Source: an uncultured Ectothiorhodospiraceae bacterium (lineage in GTDB: Bacteria; Pseudomonadota; Gammaproteobacteria; J044). Taken from it: DNA of 64,000 nucleotides. Under the pieces are notes generated by a model. The model did not search any database and was not told the origin of the DNA. It was given only the letters and a program-made list of their open reading frames with translations. The stretch is taken from NCBI GenBank assembly GCA_964641615.1, contig CAZXNH010000006.1, positions 14,381 to 78,380 on the forward strand, in the 5' to 3' direction. The translations under genes were made by a program, and so were the position numbers. Shown here piece after piece: positions 50,778 to 58,223 of this stretch (positions are counted from its first letter, which is position 1; the number at the start of each line of letters is the position of its first letter).

Positions 50778-51512
50778 TTAATGAAAATCCACCCCTTCCA
50801 GGAAATGTCCCCCGTCGATCGTGAGTACATTGGTGTAGATCTCGGTGCTATCCATCGACTTGTGCCCCAGAAGTTGACTGACATATTTGAGCGGCCTTCC
50901 ATGTAGCAGCAGATGTATGGCAAACGAATGCCTGAAAGTATGACTACTGATGGAAAAAGGTGCACCCCCTACCCGCTCCACCAATGAACTGATATGACGA
51001 TTTACGGTCTGACGCGCCATCGGGAAGATGCGCTCCGTCTTTCTAAAGTTCCCTGCATAGAGATAACTCTGAATACGATCCTGCAGCATCAGATCCATGA
51101 TCGGCACATAACGCTTGGGTGAACGCTGCAGGGCCGCCTTTCTAGGGCGCCCAGGACGTTGTTTCAGCGTCTTTAAGACCACACCGTAGTCATATCCATC
51201 ATCGATGAAGCTCGACGGCGTCAGCGCCAGTATTTCGGAGATACGCGCCCCGGTGGTCCACATCAGGTCCAGGATCAGCCGATACGTCGGGTGTTTCTCC
51301 GCATCCAGCAATGCCAGCACTTCGGGCTTGAGCAGATAAGTCGGCATGTCATCGATGGTGTCTAACACGGTCTGGCGTTTGGCCACCAGCCGATCCCAGT
51401 CGATATCGATCGTGCGAATGGGAAATGTTACCGAGGGCTCGATACGCGGCTCGAACAGACGCCTGGGCCGCCTAGCTGGAAATAGGTTGTCTGAAGAAGG
51501 TATTTGTACCAT
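50778..51512 (-). CDS. ResD-like tyrosine recombinase (plasmid resolvase family)
   Basis: PTYLLKPEVLALL and WTTGARISEILAL match F-plasmid ResD-type motifs; HTFRHSFA, LLGH, STEIY; divergent from tnsA. Confidence 0.85.
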   Translation of the reverse strand: MVQIPSSDNLFPARRPRRLFEPRIEPSVTFPIRTIDIDWDRLVAKRQTVLDTIDDMPTYLLKPEVLALLDAEKHPTYRLILDLMWTTGARISEILALTPSSFIDDGYDYGVVLKTLKQRPGRPRKAALQRSPKRYVPIMDLMLQDRIQSYLYAGNFRKTERIFPMARQTVNRHISSLVERVGGAPFSISSHTFRHSFAIHLLLHGRPLKYVSQLLGHKSMDSTEIYTNVLTIDGGHFLEGVDFH

Positions 51513-51721
51513 TTGCCTTGTACCTTTGGTGCATATTTAGCATAATTATAGACAGTAAAAGCCACTCCTACTGCCAATAATATATACGAAAAGCAAGCAA
51601 AAGTAGCGTTTTTACCCGAATGATCCAAAATATCTGAAAATGGTGCAAAATAATGTAGCCTTTTGTTTTTCAGCGTCTATACTCCATCGGTCCTAGCCTT
51701 CGCATTTTTTGGAGGTAAGCC

Positions 51722-52435
51722 ATGAACACGGACCGTCGGCAACACGCCGTTCTCTTAAACCACCTGGCCTCAGTCACGGCCGACACCCTGGTGCCGCGTC
51801 AGCACCCAACACCGATGAGTCTGCAGGTCAGTAGGAATTTTTTTCAGCAGCATCTGATCAAGCACCCCCATATCTCCGATTTCCATTCCCTGCCGAAATA
51901 CCTGCACGCTGGCCTGCTTGAAGCCGACCCAGCCGTCTCGAGCTTCGTCCCGCAACCCTTTTTGCTCAGGATCGGTAGGCGGCGCTATACACCTGATTGC
52001 TATGTCGTGGCGGACCACAGCCCACGACGCGTCATAGAACTCAAACCTCGAGGAGAAATGGACGAGGCACTCAAGGGACCGCTGCAAGCCTTTTTTGCCC
52101 AGCACAATATGCGCTTTGAAGTGATCAGCAATGAATCGGTGCTCGAACGTCGCATAGAGGCTCAGAACTGGCTGGAGATCGTGCGCATCCTGTACCTGGG
52201 GCATGCTATGGATACGCAGGGGGCAGAAAACATCCTTCTGGATCGTTTTGCATCAGTGCCTGAACAGGAACTGGGGAGCCTCATCGACCCAGGCGATCGC
52301 GATGCGACCTATCTCACTGAAATTGCCCTCTTCCGCCTGCTCCACCGAGGCGTTATCCGCGCCGATCTGGCGGACCAGTGGCTCGATTACGAGACGAAAT
52401 TTTGGATGAGTGACCATGTGGCTCAGATGGCATGA
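51722..52435 (+). CDS. tnsA: TnsA-like PD-(D/E)xK endonuclease
   Basis: LLEADPAV..F.PQP, YTPD, IELKP; C-terminal winged-helix-like region; GGAGG RBS. Confidence 0.82.
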   Translation: MNTDRRQHAVLLNHLASVTADTLVPRQHPTPMSLQVSRNFFQQHLIKHPHISDFHSLPKYLHAGLLEADPAVSSFVPQPFLLRIGRRRYTPDCYVVADHSPRRVIELKPRGEMDEALKGPLQAFFAQHNMRFEVISNESVLERRIEAQNWLEIVRILYLGHAMDTQGAENILLDRFASVPEQELGSLIDPGDRDATYLTEIALFRLLHRGVIRADLADQWLDYETKFWMSDHVAQMA

Positions 52436-54305
52436 ACGGCTAGCACATGAGCCCCATCTGGGCGAGTTTACGAACTGGCCAGAGATCCCAGTCGATGAGG
52501 TGCCTAATAATAAGCGCCAAAAATATATGCGCAATCGGCATATCATCGCCGGCGCACTCTCAGGCCAGCCACTCAAACAGGCCGCCAAAGCCAATGGCGT
52601 CAGCCCGGGGTTGGTAACCCAGCTACTCAACCGTTGCCTGGGGGGCGATGGTTCCTGCCCCCCTGCTCTCACCCATGGGCTAATTCCGTATGCACAAACC
52701 AGCCCGGGGCGACGCAAACACCCCCTCCCCACCCTGACTGCCCCCTCGGGTGCGCGTTATGCCTTTCTGGAATTACTAGAAGTTGTACCTGGGCTCAAGA
52801 AAGGCCTGGATCAGGTCATTCTGAGCAAACTCGAAGATCAACCGACGGCACAACGCCTGACACCACGGGCATTTCATGGCGCATTTAAGCTCCTACTCGC
52901 CGAAGCCCACTGGCCCACGGATCGTTATCCATTTACTGAGCCAAGCATTGCTTATGAATCAGTACGTCGTTATCTCCGTGACCGGGCCCAGACACTTGAT
53001 GCTGAGCGCCAGATGCCCAAACGAAGATCCGAATTGACACAAGGTATGTTCATACAAAGTCAGCACTCTGTATTAGGCAAGATCCAACTGGATGAGCATC
53101 TCCTTGATGTGAGAAAGCATGTACAACTCCTACTCGACGAGCAATTTGCGCGGATTCCGATTGCTCGGGTCAGCGTGTTGGTCATGGTAGAAGTTGAATG
53201 CAGCTGCATTCTGGGGTTTTACGTCGCACTGACAAGCCATCCAGATCGGCTGGATTTACTTAATCTAATCGATCTCTGTATCAACCCTTGGCAGCCAATG
53301 ACCTTAACCACCCCAGGGCTGAGTTATCTCAAAGGGGCAATGTTCCCAAGCAGTCTCTCAGATGACCTGCCGATTACCTTCGGAACTGTCCAACTTGATA
53401 ACGCCATGATGCATCGGGCGCGTGCCGTCAAAGAAGTATTCTGCGATCAACTGGGCGCCACGTTGAACTACGGTTTCCCAGCCATGCCCAAGATTCGCGC
53501 CCTGGTTGAATCCGTGTTCCGTTACATTAATGAGCATTGCACGCATCAATTTGCCTCAACCACCGGTTCGCATCCCAAGGACCCCATCAGGGAATCTAAA
53601 AAAAACCACAAAAATATTCCCGTCATCAGTTTGCGTACCTTGGAAGAAGCCCTCAGCGTAATCTTGAGCGAATACAATGCCAGACCAAGGGCTGAGTTAG
53701 GTAACGCTACCCCACTGGAAGCATTCCGCCGGCTGAGTCAGGCCCACTATGTACGTCATATTCCCCCAGATTTTGCACAATCCTGGCAACCGTTTATGGG
53801 GAAAAAGGTTGTACCTCTTAAATGGTATCGCCACGAGAAACGTGGCCCGTGTGTGAACTTTTTGTACCTGCGCTACCAGGGACATGGTTTGATCAATGTA
53901 CAAGGTCACAAGAAGAGGGTCTTGATCCAGTACGATCGCAGGGATATTCGCACCATTCACGCTTATACCCTGGAGGGAGATGACCTGGGAGAATTGCATG
54001 CACCGAAAACCTGGCAACGCTTTGCACACAGCGTTTTAACGAGAAAGGTCATCTACAAAGAGCTAAAAGCCGGTCGCTTGCAAATGCGTGATCCTTTAGG
54101 CGGTTATTTTAGAAACCTAATTGCTGATAAGGATACACCAAAGCACGCCTTACAGATAATACGAATCTATAAGGAATATACCCAGAATGAACAGAAGCCA
54201 CTTAATCTTGGCCACCTTACCAGAGATAACGCGATTATCGAGTCCGGTTTTAAGCATCAATCGGTTTCATGGAGTACAGATACAGCAAATCGGAGGAAGT
54301 CATGA
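52416..54305 (+). CDS. tnsB: TnsB-like DDE transposase
   Basis: IQLDEH, ILGFY, QLDNAMMH, LVESVFR (D-D-E), Mu-transposase C-terminal beta domain (YDRRDIRTI). Confidence 0.88.
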   Translation: MWLRWHERLAHEPHLGEFTNWPEIPVDEVPNNKRQKYMRNRHIIAGALSGQPLKQAAKANGVSPGLVTQLLNRCLGGDGSCPPALTHGLIPYAQTSPGRRKHPLPTLTAPSGARYAFLELLEVVPGLKKGLDQVILSKLEDQPTAQRLTPRAFHGAFKLLLAEAHWPTDRYPFTEPSIAYESVRRYLRDRAQTLDAERQMPKRRSELTQGMFIQSQHSVLGKIQLDEHLLDVRKHVQLLLDEQFARIPIARVSVLVMVEVECSCILGFYVALTSHPDRLDLLNLIDLCINPWQPMTLTTPGLSYLKGAMFPSSLSDDLPITFGTVQLDNAMMHRARAVKEVFCDQLGATLNYGFPAMPKIRALVESVFRYINEHCTHQFASTTGSHPKDPIRESKKNHKNIPVISLRTLEEALSVILSEYNARPRAELGNATPLEAFRRLSQAHYVRHIPPDFAQSWQPFMGKKVVPLKWYRHEKRGPCVNFLYLRYQGHGLINVQGHKKRVLIQYDRRDIRTIHAYTLEGDDLGELHAPKTWQRFAHSVLTRKVIYKELKAGRLQMRDPLGGYFRNLIADKDTPKHALQIIRIYKEYTQNEQKPLNLGHLTRDNAIIESGFKHQSVSWSTDTANRRKS

Positions 54306-55267
54306 TGAGCAATACGGAGCACAGTCATTCGGCCAGTATTTATGATGATCATCCTATTTTTAATCCACTAAAGTTAAGGATAACAACACCGGCAGTTGAG
54401 CAGTTAAAAGAGGATATCCATCGTTGGGTTTGGACGGGCGTAACAGGCGCAATATTATCGGGAACGGCTCGAGTTGGAAAAACGACGGCAATTGAGATGC
54501 TGTGCGATCAGATTTGTACGCGAGGTAACAAGCAGCTTCCCTGCTTTTATGTATCCAACTCAGACCGAGATCAAAAAACGATAGCATCAATCTTCCGCAA
54601 TCTATGCTGGAACTCTAACCTGAAGGTTAATAGAGCAGATAATGCAGATCACATGTCTGACCGGTTTGTACATTTTGTGGTTGACCAGGCGGCTGAAGCA
54701 AAATGTCCACATGTGGTGATTATAGTTGATGAGATGCAGCGATTATTACCCAAACAATTCAATGCGTTCGCAGAGATCTACGATAAACTAAGTTTATTTA
54801 AAATTGCTTCTACGACCTTGTTTATAGGGAATGACCCCGAATATAGGGATTTACTAAAGCAAGTCCAGTCAACAAAGTATGCACATATCCGTGGCCGCTT
54901 TTTTACTCAAGCTGCAGTATTTAAAGGCCTGACTTCGGCTAAAGAGGTTGAATTTTGCCTAAAACAATATGATCAGCTGCGTTTTCCTGAAGATGGAGAT
55001 ACTTATACGGAATTCTTTTTGCCCGATGCCGTTCATCAGGGTTGGCAGTTATCATCGCTGAGTCACAGGCTGTGGAGGGTATTTCGAGAATATCAAAAAA
55101 TCTACAACTTCGAATCTTGGGGTATGCAGTACTTCACGGCAACAATCAGTACTTTATTGGCAGATTATTTAACACGATATGGTGTTGAAGATATTCCAGA
55201 TCAGATAATCCGTGAGTCTATAACGCTTTCTGGACTCATTAGTTCATCAATACTTATAGACTCATGA
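54302..55267 (+). CDS. tnsC: TnsC/TniB-like AAA+ ATPase
   Basis: GTARVGKT Walker A, IIVDEMQ Walker B; ATGA overlaps with both tnsB and tnsD. Confidence 0.88.
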   Translation: MMSNTEHSHSASIYDDHPIFNPLKLRITTPAVEQLKEDIHRWVWTGVTGAILSGTARVGKTTAIEMLCDQICTRGNKQLPCFYVSNSDRDQKTIASIFRNLCWNSNLKVNRADNADHMSDRFVHFVVDQAAEAKCPHVVIIVDEMQRLLPKQFNAFAEIYDKLSLFKIASTTLFIGNDPEYRDLLKQVQSTKYAHIRGRFFTQAAVFKGLTSAKEVEFCLKQYDQLRFPEDGDTYTEFFLPDAVHQGWQLSSLSHRLWRVFREYQKIYNFESWGMQYFTATISTLLADYLTRYGVEDIPDQIIRESITLSGLISSSILIDS

Positions 55268-56868
55268 AATGGATTCACCTTAATAAAGGGCTCTATTTTG
55301 AACGCCCTTATGAAAGCGAATATTCAACTATACGTCGTTTTTTACTCGCAAACCCCGGTATCTCCATGGCTATGTTGTCCAGAATTCTGAAAAATCAAAA
55401 TTCTGGAAGTGGGTTTTCTACGCGGATGCAATCATTTCTAGGTAGAAGTGAGGCCAACTTTCCATATTTAAATATTGATAGTACTTATAAAAGACAGTGC
55501 CCAGAATGTGCCAAGGAATTTTATCACAGTGATGTGTATGCGCTACCCTGGGTATTGCGATGTCCTATTCATCATTGTGAATTTACTGCCGTGTGTCCAA
55601 CCTGTAACAAGGAGTGGCCGAATAAAAAAATGATAGAAAAACGAAGCTGCGCAACTTGTGGCAGGCCACTGATTAAGGACATACCTAGTTCATCAATACT
55701 GCAGGATAAGGGTAAATACCTACCAATAAAAATATTATATGAACTCATACAGTCACCGAATCATAAAAAGTATATTCGTAGTACGAAATATTGGCTTCGG
55801 GACGAAATAGATATTTCTAGCCCACTATATCCTTCATTTAAATTGCATGGTGTTATGAATCAAGATCATGAGATTCGCAAGGCAAATGATATACACATCA
55901 TTCATTTGTATGAGAAATCATTCAAGCTACTTACAATGATTGAATATAAGAGGCAAAGGCGTGAGCTTCTGATGCCATTTTGGGATGATAATTACCAATA
56001 TCGCAATCACCGATTTCAATATCAGTATGAGACTATTCAGGAAATACTTGAATGGATAGACAAGAAAAGTACAAAAGGACATAATTGCTATGTTGCAAAT
56101 CATGAGTATTTAACTGCTCAGCATTTGGCTATATCACCGAAACCTTGCCCATTTTGCATTGCATTAAGCATATGGTTGTTTTTCATAGTAACCAATGACT
56201 TTAATAAAAAACTATGGTCTGTTGCTGACAAATACCCATTTTGCTATTTTCATGGCTTAGATTCTTTTGATAATGTACATGAAGAAAATATAGTAGAGGT
56301 TAGTGGGCTAAAGACGATAAATAATTATTCCTATAAGGTTGGTTATTCATTATCGTTATTGCCTGACCATGAGTTTTCTAAATGGCTCTATAAGCGAAGG
56401 CTAAAAATATTTTTTATTAAAACGTTTTCTTTTATCAAATCATTAATTGAGGCAATGGATAGAGAATCGCTCATCAATCAGCCATTGGTTATTGGCAAAC
56501 CACAGATTGAAAATAAGTATTATTTATCGGATCACCATGAAGCATTCGTTGAAGATAACAAGCTCACACTTGTTTATACGTATGAAAACCCCTTTGATGA
56601 ATTATCAAATCTGAAATTCGATGGCGATTATCAATGTCAGGATTATCATCAACACCTTGGTGAGATAAAATATCTGTCATGCTGCCATTTCGTAGAAACA
56701 ATAAATAATACACGCTTCACCTACGAAGAGTTTTCTGCCCTCTATCAAAAGCTATGTCAACATGCCCCATATCTTAGGTGGAAATGCAGCCCATGGTACT
56801 CATCAAAACACAGAGAAAATACATTTCAGCACCTTCAAGAAGCCATGGAATCAATGCCATTATTTTAA
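55264..56868 (+). CDS. tnsD: TniQ/TnsD target selector (534 aa, TnsD length)
   Basis: RPYESEYS N-terminus; Zn ligands CPEC, CPIH, CPTC, CATC; long C-terminal extension. Confidence 0.82.
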   Translation: MKWIHLNKGLYFERPYESEYSTIRRFLLANPGISMAMLSRILKNQNSGSGFSTRMQSFLGRSEANFPYLNIDSTYKRQCPECAKEFYHSDVYALPWVLRCPIHHCEFTAVCPTCNKEWPNKKMIEKRSCATCGRPLIKDIPSSSILQDKGKYLPIKILYELIQSPNHKKYIRSTKYWLRDEIDISSPLYPSFKLHGVMNQDHEIRKANDIHIIHLYEKSFKLLTMIEYKRQRRELLMPFWDDNYQYRNHRFQYQYETIQEILEWIDKKSTKGHNCYVANHEYLTAQHLAISPKPCPFCIALSIWLFFIVTNDFNKKLWSVADKYPFCYFHGLDSFDNVHEENIVEVSGLKTINNYSYKVGYSLSLLPDHEFSKWLYKRRLKIFFIKTFSFIKSLIEAMDRESLINQPLVIGKPQIENKYYLSDHHEAFVEDNKLTLVYTYENPFDELSNLKFDGDYQCQDYHQHLGEIKYLSCCHFVETINNTRFTYEEFSALYQKLCQHAPYLRWKCSPWYSSKHRENTFQHLQEAMESMPLF

Positions 56869-57098
56869 CCATGATGACATTTTATGTATTGGTTATAGAG
56901 TTCGAAGCACTACCGTTCGCCTAGATGAATCTTTTCGGTTTTCGGCGCATTTATCATGTCGCGACCTTGATCATCGCAGCTGGCTGCCAGGCGGCATTTG
57001 GAAGGCAGATTAAATGAATGGGCGCGCAGGATGGCAAAGAGATATCAAATAATGTATCGATTTACGCCTGCACTGTTATCCGAACAACCTAAATGTGA

Positions 57099-58223
57099 TT
57101 AGCCATTTGCTACAGATTTTCTAAACATTTTAGAGGCTGCAAAAAATAATACTGTTCCGATCATAAGCAGAATAACAAACTGTTGCCAGACGATCTCAAT
57201 CCCGGCACCACGATAGAGAATTGCCTGGGCGAAACTGACATAATGTGTATTTGGTGAAACCAGCATCAAGTCCTGAATGACTTCGGGCATGCTTTCTCTC
57301 GGTGTAATCCCCCCGGAAAGCATTTGCATCGGCAGAATGATCAGAATAATTAACAAGCCTAGCTGAGGCATGGATCGTGCAATAGTGCCGAGGAATACAC
57401 CCAGGGATGTACTTGCGAACAGGTGAAAGGTTGTCCCCAGCATAAATAGGGCAAGTGAGCCATGAATGGGAACCCCGAGCGCTCCCTGAACAATGAAGAT
57501 CAGCGAAAACAAAACAGCAATCCAGACAACAAATCCGTTGGTGAGGATTTTAGCGGAGACTATCTGCACCGGCGTAACCGGCATGACCAGCAAATGCTCG
57601 AGGGTACCATGCTCGCGTTCACGGATAACTGCGGCACCAGTTAAAATGACAGACAGCATGGTGACGTTACTGATGATTTCCATGATGCTCGAGAACCAGT
57701 CGCTCGTTAAGTTGGGATTAAATTTGTACCTTGGAACCACCTTAACCGTTGAGTTTGCATCGGAAAGCTGGCCGCTAAGGAAATGAGTTAGCTCGTCGCT
57801 GATGATGTTCTGTATATAACCATCGCCGATAAATGCCTGACTCATACGCGTGGCGTCAATATTGATCTGAATCGTTGGTTGTTTACCGGCAACCAGGTCG
57901 CGTTCAAAGCCATTTGGGATAATAAGTACAAAGGTATAAAGCCCTGAATCAAGCACTCCATCGACCTGGTTGAAATCAATGTATTCAGGCCTCTTGAAAT
58001 ATGGTTCGTAAAAGGCATCGACAATTGTTTTTGATAGCGGAGAATGATCTTCGTCAACGATGGCGATCGCGGCATTATGGAGGTCCTGTGTCTTAGCCGT
58101 GGCGGCAACGTAGATTCCACCGGTAAATGCCCAGATGATGAAAAGGAAGAGTATTTTATCGAACCACAGTCCTCGAAATTCCTTGTAGCAGAGATTTAGA
58201 ATATTCCCGAGCACAGCCTTCAT
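57099..58223 (-). CDS. ABC-2 transporter permease (YhhJ-like)
   Basis: IVDEDHS, REREHGTLEHLLVMP, SGGITPRESMP. Confidence 0.9.
   Translation of the reverse strand: MKAVLGNILNLCYKEFRGLWFDKILFLFIIWAFTGGIYVAATAKTQDLHNAAIAIVDEDHSPLSKTIVDAFYEPYFKRPEYIDFNQVDGVLDSGLYTFVLIIPNGFERDLVAGKQPTIQINIDATRMSQAFIGDGYIQNIISDELTHFLSGQLSDANSTVKVVPRYKFNPNLTSDWFSSIMEIISNVTMLSVILTGAAVIREREHGTLEHLLVMPVTPVQIVSAKILTNGFVVWIAVLFSLIFIVQGALGVPIHGSLALFMLGTTFHLFASTSLGVFLGTIARSMPQLGLLIILIILPMQMLSGGITPRESMPEVIQDLMLVSPNTHYVSFAQAILYRGAGIEIVWQQFVILLMIGTVLFFAASKMFRKSVANG

Larger units (their letters stand above)
42176..56868. mobile_element. Tn7-like transposon (minimum extent; second end not found in the window)
   Basis: Terminal repeat array at 42176; tnsABCD core at 51722-56868; defence cargo and two tyrosine recombinases in between; much of it visibly AT-richer than the flanks. 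Confidence 0.85.

Noticed and set aside
42115-51545. Island integrated by XerCD (IMEX) and flanked by two dif copies
   Set aside because: No second complete dif-like site was found; the 51535 match is a single arm. The island boundary is a TGT-plus-TnsB-repeat end 33 bp outside an intact dif. This cannot be fully excluded beyond the window.
10445-56868. CRISPR-associated transposon (CAST) made from the cas6 plus tnsABC-tniQ
   Set aside because: cas6 is about 31 kb outside the transposon end, sits in a dsr-linked cluster and looks Myxan-type. There are no cas5/7/8, no cas12k and no array, and the TniQ is of the long TnsD type.
57061-57090. Possible distal transposon end at ...TTATCCGAACA (near 57086)
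   Set aside because: It does not mirror TGTGGACG, has no AGTACTTTG repeats inside it and is not followed by AGCAG.
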